The position numbers were made by a program, and so were the translations under genes. A stretch of DNA of 64,000 nucleotides from Macrostomum lignano (Eukaryota): assembly GCA_002269645.1 (NCBI GenBank), contig NIVC01002923.1, positions 1 to 64,000 of the forward strand, given 5' to 3'. The notes below the pieces were generated by a model. It ran no database searches and was not told the origin of the DNA. It saw only the letters and a list, made by a program, of their open reading frames with translations. Positions 48,901 through 60,700 of this stretch are shown one piece after another (within the stretch, counting starts at the first letter, position 1; each line of letters starts with the position of its first letter).

Positions 48901-51900
48901 CAGCCCAGAGAGCTAGTGATACTAAGAGTTAGGTCTGCTGTTTGCCTATACTCCGAACAGTAGAGTGACTAAAACTCAACACTCACTCTCAGGTCGGCCA
49001 TGCCTGCCGCCTGCTCACCGAAGGCCAACAGCTGTTGACGCTGGTCGCGGATTCTCCCGCCGAGGCTGGCGACCGGGTTCGCCGCTGGCTTCGCGAACTG
49101 GACGTGGCCTACAGGCCGGCCTATCAGATCCGGCAGCGTCGGGCTCGGCCAGCTGTACGCGACGGCGTCGCCCTGGTGCTGGACGGCCGGGCACTGCGCC
49201 ACTGCCTAGACGAGTTGGTCAGCTGCGATTTCCTACTGCTAGCTGAGCAGTGCTCAAGCGTGCTCTGCTGCCGGACTACGCCTAGCCAAAAGGCCGCCGT
49301 GGTCGGCCTGGTCAAGGAGAGCCTCGGCATGCAGACTCTGGCCATCGGCGACGGCGCCAACGATGTCAGCATGATCCAGACGGCCGACATTGGCGTCGGC
49401 ATCTCCGGCCAGGAGGGCATGCAGGCCGTCATGGCTGCCGACTTTTCTCTGGCTAGGTTTCGCTTTTTAAAGAAGCTGCTGCTAGTGCACGGGCACTGGT
49501 GCTACGACCGGCTGGCTAGGATGTCTCTGTACCTGTTCTACAAGAACTGCGTCTATATTATGATGCTGTTCTGGTATCAGCTTTTCAATGGCTTTAGCGG
49601 ACAGGTAGGTACAATATGGCTGGCTTTATTTGAGTGTGTGAATTGATTTTTCCGGTTTCGCATAATATTAGTTTGAATAAATATTGAAACGTTTCGAAAT
49701 ATCAGTTAACAAATGTTTAATGAATATCGAAGTTAACTGCTGCAGAAGCAGAAAAAGCAGTTGTTGCAAGCAGCAATAGAATTCAGATTTTAGCAATGTT
49801 GCAGAAGCAGGTATTAACAATGTTGCAGAAGAATTCATTAGCATTGTTGCAGAAGAATTCATTAGCATTGTTGCAGAAGAAGACATTAGCATTGTTGCAG
49901 AAGAAGTCATTAGCATTGTTGCAGAAGCAGATATCAGCAATCTTGCAGAAAAAGTCATTAGCATTGTTGCAGAAGAAGTCATTAGCATTGTTGCAGAAGA
50001 AGACATTAGCAATGTTGCAGAAGACATTAGCATTGTTGCAGAAGAAGACATTAGCATTGTTGCAGAAGCAGATATTAGCAATGTTGCAAAAGAAAACCAT
50101 TAGCAATGTTGCAGAAAAAATCATAAGAATTGTTGCAGAAGAAGACATTAGCAAGATTTTAAAACCCAACCTGGGTCCCAAAAACAGGTAAACATCGGCC
50201 AGGTGTACCAGATCTGTTTCAATCTAACTATGACGTCACTGGGCCCGCTAGTTATCGGCATATTGGACAGGCACCTGAGCGCAGAGATTCTCATGGCTAA
50301 TCCGGTGCTGTACACGGACGCTCAGAATTGCCGCAGCTATCTGCCCTGGCATTTCTGGCTCAACATACTAGACGCTGTTTGGCAATCTCTTGTCGTCTTC
50401 TTTGTTGCCTATCTCGGCGCTATGGATACGGACTGCGGCATTTGGAGCTTCGGCGACACCGTGGTCAGCGCCGGGGTCATCACCGCTGTGGCGCACAACG
50501 CGCTGGAGGTGCGCGGCTGGACCGGCCTGCACTGGTTTGCGCTGCTGGGTGAGTTGGGCTTCGCTTGGCGTAGCTGACAGCTTTCCGGGCTTGTGTATGG
50601 GTGCCTAGTTAATACAGGTTATGGTAGGCGTGCTTCTGCGTTTGTTAGGATTCTAGATTGATGAAGAATCTGCTTTTATGGGGATTATGAGTTGATAAGG
50701 ATTATGAGTTGATAGGGATTATGAGTTGTTAGGTAATATGAGTTGATAAGGATTATGAGTTGTTAGGTAATATGAGTTGATAAGGATTATGAGTTGATAA
50801 GGATTATGAGTTGATAGCGATTATGAGTTGATAAGGATTATGAGTTGATAAGGATTATGAGTTGATAAGGATTATGAGTTGATAGGTATTGAGTTGATAA
50901 GGATTGTGAGTTGATAAGGATTATGAGTTGATAGAGATTATGAGTTGATAGGGATTTTGAGTTGATAAGGATTATGAGTTGATAGGTATTGAGTTGATAA
51001 GGATTGTGAGTTGATAAGGATTATGAGTTGATAGAGATTATGAGTTGATAGGGATTTTGAGTTGATAAGGATTATGAGTGGATAAGGATTATGAGTTGAT
51101 AAGGATTATGAGTAGATAAGGATTATGAGTTGATAGGTATTGAGTTGATAGGGATTGTGAGTTGATAGGGATTATGAGTTGATAGGGATTATGAGTTGAT
51201 AAGGATTATGAGTAGATAAGGATTATGAGTTGATAGGTATTGAGTTGATAGGGATTGTGAGTTGATAGGGATTGAGTTGATAAGGATTATGAGTTGATAA
51301 GGATTATGAGTAGATAAGGATTATGAGTTGATAGGGATTATGAGTTGATAAGGATGAGTTATGAGTTGATACCTATCCTAAGAGTTGATAGGTATTGAGT
51401 TGATAGGGATTGTGAGTTGATAGGGATTGTGAGTTGATAGGAATTATGAGTTGATAAGGATTATGAGTTGATAGGGATTGTGAGTTGATAGGGATTGTGA
51501 GTTGATAGGGATTATGAGTTGATAAGGATTATGAGTTGATAGGGATTGTGAGTTGATAGGGATTGTGAGTTGATAGGGATTATGAGTTGATAGGCATTAT
51601 GAATTGATAAGGATTATGAGTTGATAGGGATTATGAGTTGATAGGGATTATGAGTTGATAAGGATTATGAGTTGATAGGGATTGTGAGTTGATAGGGATT
51701 GTGAGTTGATAGGGATTGTGAGTTGATAGGGATTGTGAGTTGATAGGGATTATGAGTTGATAGGCATTATGAATTGATAAGGATTATGAGTTGATAGGGA
51801 TTGAGTTGATAGGGATTATGAGTTGATAGGGATTATGAGTTGATAAGGATTATGAGTTGATAGGGATTGTGAGTTGATAGGGATTGTGAGTTGATATGGA

Positions 51901-53628
51901 TTTTGAGTTTTATATAGTAGGGACTCTGAGTTAATACAATTTATTTAATTGATTGAATTTCTCAGCCAATTAAGATTCTGGATTGATGATGAGGAATCTG
52001 TTGGATGTTCCGCTGCTCAAGCACCCAAAAAATGGCGATCGCTTAAATCCCCATTTCATCTTTTCCTTTTCGTACAACAGGTAGCCCTCTAATCGCCTGG
52101 TTCGCCTTCGCCATCGTGCTAAACCTGGTCTGCACCAACTGCCTGCACCCGGACAACCCCTATTACGTAATTGTGCACGGCCTGACCACCGCCCGGTTCT
52201 GGCTGCCCCAGCTGCTGGCCCCGGTGCTGGCGCTCACGCCCAGGCTGTGCGTGCGCGCCTATCGGAACACTACGCGCTCGAATCTGACTGCCCAGGTCTG
52301 GCCCTAAAGGGGGGTGGCGCTAATTAATAGTACTTAAGTTAGACACCTAACTGAGCAGTCGATGTAGAGACAGTCATCACAGATACTATAAATAGATGGG
52401 TCCGCGACATTTCACTGCCCCAATGTGACTGGTGATCCTAACCATAATAATAATTTAATAATAATTGATTACACCTGCCCCAATTGGGCCAGATGTGCAA
52501 CCGACAGCTCAGCCGCAGCCATTGCGCGGCGCATCTGAAGGCTGCGTACGGCTGTTCAGTCCAAGGGTCGCCACACACAGCCTCAATTACCCCAGCTAAT
52601 GCTGGCACCCATTTTACAGCTGGGTGAACTGAAGCAATGCAGAGTTAAGTCTCTTACTCAAGGACACAAATTGTTCCTAGTGGGTCGAGAATCGAACCCC
52701 CGACCTTTCAGTCGTGAGTCCGACTCTCTTAACCACATAGGCTGCAACCCCGTCTTTCAGTTCAGTAGAAGCATCTTAATGTACTTTAGGACAAGAATTT
52801 CAAGACTTTTCACGCTAAATGAGTGCCGATACCTCGAGGCACAGAGGGTGTACACCCCGTGTGAGCGGTGCCTGTGAATGTATATCCGTCTGTATGCTTA
52901 GAGTTCAGCAAAAATAGGCAATTATTCCCCGGCTCTCTCATCAGGCTTTGCGCCATCAGTCATCGGCCGCGTCCACTCGTTCTACCAAGCCCGCCTGGCT
53001 TCTATCGCCGTCGGCTGCGACTCGCCGTCGAAACGGCGGCGGCAGCAGCGGTGACGCTGTCGAATTGGCCACCGCTGGCAACTTCGACGGAGCGGCGGTG
53101 GCCACCGGAGCCGCTGGCATCATCTCTGTTGGCGGCGAAGTCGGCCTATCGACCAGCAGCGACCCGCACCGACTGCCGCTGCAAACTCGGCCGCGGACTT
53201 TTCCGGGCCCGCCGCCTACGGCTGCCGCTCTCACAGCGCTGTCGTCTCGCAGTCTGTCGTTTTTAGTCCGCGGCAACGGCAGCGGCGTCGGGGGCGGTCG
53301 TCGGGTTCGAACTCGAAGCGCCTCTTCGGCGGCGGCAACGGCGGCTGCTGGACGCCGGGCCAGCTGGCGTCATCGCAGCAGCGCAGGCGGCAACGGCGCC
53401 GACTGGCCGATCGCGCTTGACGGAGCGGCCACGGCCCCGCCTCAGCGCCGCAGTAAAAGCGTTTGCTCCCGTCCTGCTGCCGCTGCCTCCGCCACCGCTA
53501 CTCCGGCCACTGCTGCCGCCCCCGCAGCCGCTGCAGCCGTTGTCTCCTCGGACGACAGCGCGGCTACCATGTGCGACTCCGGCAGTGACAGCTGCGGCGC
53601 CGTTCCCTGCACCACAACCAGATGCTGA
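35190..53628 (+). CDS. ATP10: P4-ATPase phospholipid flippase, ATP10 class, 12 exons, ~1457 aa
   Basis: Exons 35190-35786, 38592-38671, 39288-39400, 42797-42928, 43013-43143, 43415-43682, 46344-46420, 46931-48034, 48993-49604, 50188-50548, 52081-52295 and 52945-53628 (4374 nt, phases consistent; the exon 8 acceptor could instead be 46943). Motifs: [18 protein letters not shown] (43583-97), [35 protein letters not shown]10-typical [22 protein letters not shown]. Confidence 0.93.
36130..36410 (-). mobile_element. SINE-like repeat, family 2 (degenerate head triplicated)
   Basis: It shares ctcacacagggtgtacagc and ggggggttggccctc...gtcaattttc.tgcacaag with 59855-60148. Confidence 0.65.
37455..37790. 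repeat. 41-bp minisatellite, ATP10 intron 1
   Basis: gcagcttctacccttgcatcggtgcaacctgaggtcattga repeated about 8 times. Confidence 0.95.
39620..39925. repeat. (TCTG)n microsatellite, ATP10 intron 3
   Basis: Directly visible. Confidence 0.97.
40440..42697. repeat. Compound minisatellite with shared core cagatcctcag, ATP10 intron 3
   Basis: About 2.2 kb of variant units (…ttgctgggccacc…, then …gccgagcagcctcactcc…). It explains the ORFs 40543-42981. Confidence 0.97.
43771..44053 (-). mobile_element. tRNA-derived SINE, family 1 (copy 1), ATP10 intron 6
   Basis: The minus-strand head gtagcctatgtggttaaga...ggttcgattc contains A and B boxes. The central tgtgtcc.t.agtaagagacttaac...cacccagctgtaaatgggt resembles conserved SINE core domains. 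A near-identical copy lies at 52444-52745. Confidence 0.85.
44890..45730. repeat. 29-bp minisatellite (aggcagactcagggactgagtgagcggat), ATP10 intron 6
   Basis: About 28 units. Confidence 0.96.
46445..46895. repeat. 33-bp minisatellite, ATP10 intron 7
   Basis: atccctgtgaccatagagataatcatgcagctg repeated about 13 times. Confidence 0.96.
48047..48832. repeat. Two minisatellites (28-bp at 48047-48255; 27-bp at 48357-48832), ATP10 intron 8
   Basis: ctggacaggcatattgagtcttttgagt and actgcagtcagaggggatgtgaatgat units. Confidence 0.95.
49790..50155. repeat. 24-bp minisatellite, ATP10 intron 9
   Basis: cattgttgcagaagaagacattag units. Confidence 0.93.
50690..51905. repeat. 17-bp minisatellite (ggattatgagttgataa), ATP10 intron 10
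   Basis: About 1.2 kb array. Confidence 0.96.
52444..52745 (-). mobile_element. tRNA-derived SINE, family 1 (copy 2) with (ATT)n-like tail, ATP10 intron 11
   Basis: Near-identical to 43771-44053. Confidence 0.85.
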
Positions 53629-53744
53629 CGGCTGACTGGCTGATTTGAGAGCTTGATTGATTCATTCATTAACTAAAGTGTTATTAAATCAACCGATACT
53701 TTAGCTAAATGGCTTTCACTTCTAAGTAGCTGCTCGACTGTCTC

Positions 53745-54480
53745 TTGTCCTTCAGCAGCTGCCTCACCGCCTCCATCTTGTCCTTCAACGGCTGCCCCCA
53801 CCGCCTCCATCTTGTCCCTCAGCGGCTGCCCCCAACGCCTCCATCTTGTCCCTCAGCGGCTGCCCCCAACGCCTCCATCTTGCCCCTCAGCGGCTGCCCC
53901 AACGCCTCCATCTTGTCCCTCAGCGGCTGCCCCCAACGCCTCCATCTTGTCCCTCAGCGGCTGCCCCCAACGCCTCCATCTTGTCCCTCAGCGGCTGCCC
54001 CCAACGCCTCCATCTTGTCCCTCAGCGGCTGCCCCAACGCCTCCATCTTGTCCCTCAGCGGCTGCCCCACCGCCCCCATCTTGTCCCTCAGCGGCTGCCC
54101 TACCGCCCCCATCTTGTCCCTCAGCGGCTGCCCCAACGCCTCCATCTTGTCCCTCAGCGGCTGCCCTACCGCCCCCATCTTGTCCCTCAGCGGCTGCCCC
54201 CAACGCCTCCATCTTGTCCCTCAACGGCTGCCCCCAACGCCTCTATCTTGTCCCTCAGCGACTGCCCCCAACACCTCCATCTTGTCCCTCAGCAGCTGCC
54301 CCCAACGCCTCCATCTTGTCCCTCAGCGGCTGCCCCCAACGCCTCCATCTCGTCCCTCAGCGGCTGCCCCCAACGCCTCTATCTTGTCCCTCAGCGACTG
54401 CCCCCAACACCTCCATCTTGTCCCTCAGCGGCTGCCCCCAACGCCTCCATCTTGTCCCTCAGCGGCTGCCCCACCGCCCC
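53745..54480. repeat. 34/35-bp minisatellite (cttgtccctcagcggctgcccccaacgcctccat), array 1
   Basis: Tandem units; the same family recurs at 56255-56832. Confidence 0.96.
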
Positions 54481-55292
54481 TATATTCCTTGAGATACAGC
54501 TCTGTAATTTATTGATTTGCAGACTAACATAACGGAAATTTCACAAATACCCAGACTCAATGCTTTCCATACCAAACCGATAAGTTCGCTAACGTATTCA
54601 TATTGAAATGTTTTATTAGCTCAGACAGTCGCACATTTCTGTTAGCGCAATATCCAAGACACTATGGTGCATTCTGTATTATTTATTATTCATTTATTCA
54701 ATTTGACAATTATATCACACTTTCAACACACTCTACTCAATATTATTATTACCATTAGGTTTCTATAATCAGCATTTGTGTTTGCATCAGTGCATTCTGT
54801 TTATAACCCTGTAATTGTTAGAGTTTATACCTATTGTCTTGTCTCGTATGCGTCTTAGCTTATGTATAAATAATATGTACTTCTATTACTCTGTATTACT
54901 ATTACTATACTAATTAATGCACAATCGCACAGACTTAATAATTCCCACAATTATTAATTATTGCTACGGAAACCGCACCTGTTTAGATGTAAATGCATAT
55001 ATGATTGAAGATATTATTTTTATTACCTTTTTGTTTCTTCTCACAGCCGGAGTTGAGAAGGCTGGAATAGCTGGCGCGGCTGTCTAACCGGATGCTTTGT
55101 TAAATTAGCTTTTCTTACCGTGATTACTGCAATCATATTGTATTATTATTAACTTCTTTGTGGTACGCTTGTACTATTTTACAAGTATTTTCTATTCTAT
55201 TCGAGACAGTTGTGTACTTTTAGATAATTGGCGGTTTGTGTATTGTACTACACATGATGCTTTCTTTGTTCATTGATTTTTAGCATACTGTG

Positions 55293-55612
55293 CCAGCCTG
55301 GGGTTGCCAGCTTGGGGGTTGCCAGCTTGAGGGTTGCCAGCTTGGGGGTTGCCAGCTTGGGGGTTGCCAGCTTGGGGTTGCCAGCTTGAGGGTTGCCAGC
55401 TTGAGGGTTGCCAGCTTGGGGGTTGCCAGCTTGGGGTTGCCAGCTTGGGGTTTGTCAGCTGGAGGGTTGCCAGCTTGGGGGTTGCCAGCTTGAGGGTTCT
55501 GCCAGCTTGAGGGTTCTGCCAGCTTGAGGGTTCTGCCAGCTTGAGGGTTCTGCCAGCTTGAGGGTTGCCAGCTTGAGGGTCCAGCTTTGGGGTTTTGGAG
55601 CTGCCAGCTTGA
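55293..55612. repeat. 15-bp minisatellite (gggttgccagcttgg)
   Basis: Tandem units. Confidence 0.93.
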
Positions 55613-56254
55613 AAATGTCTAGTTTAGGACTGCCAGCCAGAGTATTTCTACTTGTAATTGCCTCAAGCATTATCAGTGCAGCGCAGTCCCTGGCTCAGTG
55701 TGTAGGCAATGTGTATCGCATATTAATTTTGCTCTTTCATTTAGCAAATCTATTCTATCAGTTTTATTCTATACGCAATATTTCTCAGAGCTAAAAAATA
55801 GTATTTCCAGAGCTCATTAGCGGCCAGTCAATGACATGGGCATCACGCCTGGTAGCAGTCTTTGCGTATTCTATATAATGCCCTTTTGGGGCTTTTTAAA
55901 ACTTTGTTTCTGATCTTTTTAACACAGAAAGTAACCGTTTTGTTTACTTTTTATTGACAGTTATTTTTCATCGATAAGTACCCCATGTACTTTTTTTTGG
56001 CTTCACCGGCACCAGCTGGTGGAGCTCGGTAGAGTTTGGTTGGATGATGCTTTTTAGTCTGTCATTCCGGCAGTTTGTGTTTTTACATAAATTTAACTGA
56101 TGAAAAATACAATTCCGCATATATCTATTATACTGTGTTCAGAACTCCTGAAATGCTTTCGATGAGCACTAAGAATGCAACGAATACTGATAAGATCAAT
56201 TTCTGCGGTTCTTTGCTGCTCGCGCTTCATTTATTTGCTACTTCACCACCGCCC

Positions 56255-56832
56255 ACCGCCTCCACGTTGTTCCTCAGCAGCTGCCCCCAACGCCTCCATC
56301 TTGATCCTCAGCAGCTGCTCCACCGCCTCCATCTTGTCCCTCAGCGGCTGCCCCCAACGCCTCCATCTTGTCCCTCAGCGGCTGCCCCCAACGCCTCCAT
56401 CTTGTCCCTCAGCGGCTGCCCCCAACACCTCCATCTTGTCCCTCAGCGGCTGCCCCCAACGCCTCCATCTTGTCCCTCAGCGGCTGCCCCCAACGCCTCC
56501 ATCTTGTCCCTCAGCGGCTGCCCCCAACACCTCCATCTTGTCCCTCAGCGGCTGCCCCCAACGCCTCCATCTTGTCCCTCAGCGGCTGCCCCCAACGCCT
56601 CCATCTTGTCCCTCAGCGGCTGCCCCAACGCCTCCATCTTGTCCCTCAGCGGCTGCCCCCAACGCCTCCATCTTGTCCCTCAGCGGCTGCCCCAACGCCT
56701 CCATCTTGTCCCTCAGCGGCTGCCCCCAACGCCTCCATCTTGTCCCTCAGCGGCTGCCCCCAACACCTCCATCTTGTCCCTCAGCGGCTGCCCCCAACAC
56801 CTCCATCTTGTCCCTCAGCGGCTGCCCCCAAC
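56255..56832. repeat. 34/35-bp minisatellite, array 2
   Basis: Same unit as 53745-54480. Confidence 0.96.
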
Positions 56833-57173
56833 ACCTAGTCCTAGTTCAAAAATTTTATGTCGTTAATTGCGCAGCAGAAAATGCCAAGTGTGGTTTTATT
56901 TTATTAAAATGAGATTTATCGCTATTTAGCTTTTACTTTCAGCATTTTTCACACTAATATTAAATTAGCTGCAATTAAATATAAATTATAGCGATTATAT
57001 GTAGTAAAGCTATACTACCAACTCAGCTGATATTTTACTGCGCAATATGTGATGACATTTACTGCACTCTAGTATGTATATATTGTACACAATCGCAGAG
57101 CCAAGAAGAGAGCAGTAATCATTATCTGACAATCGCCAAGGCTCTTGAGAAAATACGAATCAGCAGCGCAACT

Positions 57174-57386
57174 ATGCGAGTCCTTCAGCTCTGCCTGTTT
57201 CTGTGCGTCCTCTGCTCGGCCGTCCTGGCGAGACCGCCGCCTATGGAAAGACCGTATTCTGCCGGCACGCAGGGCGCCGGCGACGGCAAGATCATCGTCT
57301 GTATGGATTCGCCCCTGCAGACGGTGACAGATAGACCTCCACTCACTCCTCCTTCTTGGCCAAGGCCTGGCCGGAGGACTGACTGA
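57174..57386 (+). CDS. Small secreted protein, candidate amidated neuropeptide precursor (70 aa)
   Basis: Signal-peptide-like MRVLQLCLFLCVLCSAVLA; C-terminal PPSWPRP-GRR amidation/cleavage signal; GC-rich island within AT-rich flanks; an AG acceptor upstream (~57098). Confidence 0.55.
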   Translation: MRVLQLCLFLCVLCSAVLARPPPMERPYSAGTQGAGDGKIIVCMDSPLQTVTDRPPLTPPSWPRPGRRTD

Positions 57387-57768
57387 CTGACTTGAGAGTT
57401 CGAAACGACTTGTTAAAGACGTCTTGAACAGATTAATCGGATATCAATAAATATAATAAAGCATTGAAGATTTTTTTCTACAAGCAAAGGGTATAATAAT
57501 ACATGTACAAAGTATAATACAATTCCAGGTAATTAATTTCGCGGCGAATATCAGTTCGAAGTCGACTCGGCGATATGAATTCGAATCAGATTGTAGTATG
57601 GTAGTCAGGTACTGCAAAGCAAGCTATTGCGGTTGATTGTAGGGGCATAGGCACACTGAATCCTGCACAACTGTGCTTATCGCGTGTGGTCCCATCTTCA
57701 ACTCCCAGACTGCCAATAAAGCTTATCAATCAGTTCTCAGACTGCCAGCCACCTCCAGTCGGCAGTTC

Positions 57769-60700
57769 TCATCGAAGAGACTCAAGAAACACTAGCTGCT
57801 CAACCAGGCCGGCAGCCTCAGCATCCGAGGTGATTTCGCGCAGCCTGAGCGCTTTCTGTGCTGCGCTACGGCCGGCGCTGGTCGTCAGGTAGCTGTAGAC
57901 CGCAGCGAAGTCGAACGCGCCGTCGCTTTCAGCGGCGCGTCGTTCGCAGCGCCGGCGCAAGTCGCTCAGCGTCCGGTCGAGGCCGGCCTGACCGAAACGC
58001 GATCCGGTCGCCTCGTCCGGCGCGTCCTCGAAGGCGCTGGCCAACCGGCCGCTGCGGGCCAAGGCCGCCTCGAGTTCCTGAGCGAACCGCAGGGTGGTGT
58101 CGCAACTGGCGCCGGCAGCCGCGGCTGCTGCGTCCTCTCGCTCTTCATCTTGAGCTTCCTCATCGAAGTCGGGCGTGTAGTAGGTGTCCGCCAGCTCAGG
58201 GTTGACCATTGCGGCTTCTCTGATTGGCTGTTTTCGGTCTGGGATTTGGAAAGCGGCGTTTATGGGATTTGGGATTCGGAATGCGACGTTTATGGGATTT
58301 GAATGATGCATTTATGGGATTTGAATGATGCATTTATGGGATTTGAATGATGCATTTATGGGATTTGAATGATGCATTTATGGGATTTGAATGATGCATT
58401 TATGGGATTTGAATGATGCATTTATGGGATTTGAATGATGCATTTATGGGATTTGAATGATGCATTTATGGGATTTAAATGATGCATTTATGTGATTTGG
58501 GATTCGGAATGCGACGCTTATGGGATTTGAATGATGCATTTATGGGATTTAAATGATGCATTTATGTGATTTGGGATTCGGAATGCGACGCTTATGGGAT
58601 TTGAATGATGCATTTATGGGATTTAAATGATGCATTTATGTGATTTGGGATTCGGAATGCGACGCTTATGGGATTTGAATGATGCATTTATGGGATTTAA
58701 ATGATGCATTTATGTGATTTGGGATTCGGAATGCGACGCTTATGGGATTTGAATGATGCATTTATGGGATTTAAATGATGCATTTATGTGATTTGGGATT
58801 CGGAATGCGACGCTTATGGGATTTGGGATTCGAAAAGTGACGTTTATGGGATTTGAATGATGCATTTATGGGATTTAAATGATGCATTTATGTGATTTGG
58901 GATTCGGAATGCGACGCTTATGGGATTTGGGATTCGAAAAGTGACGTTTATGGGATTTGAATGATGCATTTATGGGATTTAAATGATGCATTTATGGGAT
59001 TTGGGATTTGGAATGCGACGTTTATGGGATTTGGGATTCGAAAAGTGACGTTTATGTGATTTGGGATTCGGAATGCTACGTTTAATGCGCCCTCGAATTG
59101 GAATCCGGAATGCGGAGTTTATGGGTTGGGAGCTCGTGCTTCGTTTATTTTATTCATTCGTATAATATTTTGTATTCTATAGTTAATTTTTTAATCGAAA
59201 AATCCTTTCATTGCTACTCATAGTAAAAAACCAGCCCCTGCCACTCCAAACCTCGTCTCCCATCGGCACCCGACGGTACGAGGTCGTCGCACTCCTCGGC
59301 GTCGGCTTCATCCTCAGACTGTTGCGGCTCCTCCTCGGCCAGACCCAGCGCGGTCAGCAGCGCCGCCGCGCGTCGTCGGTCGACTCGGTCGACGCCGTCG
59401 CCATCGGCCGTGGACTCCTCGCGAAGCAGCCGCCTGCCGGCGCCTCCGCCGCCGCCGCAGCTGGCCTCGGCCGCGGCCGCCTCTTCGTGGATCTGCTTCG
59501 ACCGGCGGCGCAGGTGCGGCTCCCGCAGCAGCTCCCTGGCGCTGGCCCTCCGCTGAGGCTCCTTCTCCAGCATCCGCTCCAGCACGGCCTGCAGCGCCCT
59601 GGGATATCTGTCCGGCAGGGTGGGGCAGGGATCTTCGCAGATGCTGAACAGGATCCTCATCAGGCCGTGCCCGGTGTACGCGTGCTCCTGGGCGCACATC
59701 TCGTACAGGATGCAGCCGACACTCCAGACGTCGCTCTTGGCGTTGTAGCCTGGTTACAATAATAACAATAATATTAATAATAGTAATAATAATAATAATA
59801 ATAAATAATATGATAATTGCAAGAGTGTTCTAAAGACTTTTTAGTCGAGCACATTACTCATACACACGCTCACACAGGGTGTACAGCAGCCCTGACTTTC
59901 TAATCGTCAGGCATGTACACTCTCTCAGGCATGTACACTCTCTCAGGCATGTACACTCTCTCAGGCATGTACACTCTCTCAGGCATGTACACATGCATGT
60001 GCCTTGGGGGGTTGGCCCTCGTGGGTGAAAATTTCATGACAACCCCACGGTCAATTTTCGTGCACAAGGCCCAAATGAATGAGGCCGAATGTGGGATCGA
60101 ACCTGGGCGCGAGAGTTAGACCCGTTCACTACTGAGCTGCTCTGCCCCTGAGGGAGCAGGAGTATAGTGTGTCTACACCCTCACAGACCATTGGTTACGA
60201 GGTCTCAGGTTGATGACCTAGCTGTCCTTACCCGAAAGAAGCATCCTGGGGCATCGGTCTCTCACATCTCTGAAGGGTCGGGACCCGGTAGCAATAATAC
60301 ACATTGATGCAGTCTGTGTTAAAATAAAACTTTCTCCCGTGCCTCACCCTGATGCTTGAGCAGTTCCGGACTCATAAAGTACGGCGTCCCCAGAAAAGTA
60401 GTGGCCATGTCCACCGAATTCATGAGCACCCGAGCGATGCCAAAGTCGCCAATTTTAACCATGCCGCCCTTTAAAAATACGTTTTTCGTCTTCAGATCCC
60501 GGTGTAAAATCCGCTTCCCGTGCAGGTACTCGACGCCTAGGAGGATCTGGATCAGCCAGCGCTCAGTGGTGGCCACGGGCAGGTGCAGACCGGCCTTCTT
60601 CAGGCGCTGGATGGCCTGGTCCAGGTCGCCTTCGTCGCAGTACTCGGTGACCATGCAGAACGAGGGCAGGTCTGTCGCGAAATTCGGGGTGCCGGCTGTT

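Noticed and set aside
60200-60250. Hammerhead-like tgatga...cgaaa
   Set aside because: The core is UUGAUGA, the G10.1-C11.1 pair is missing, and I found no convincing stems I-III.
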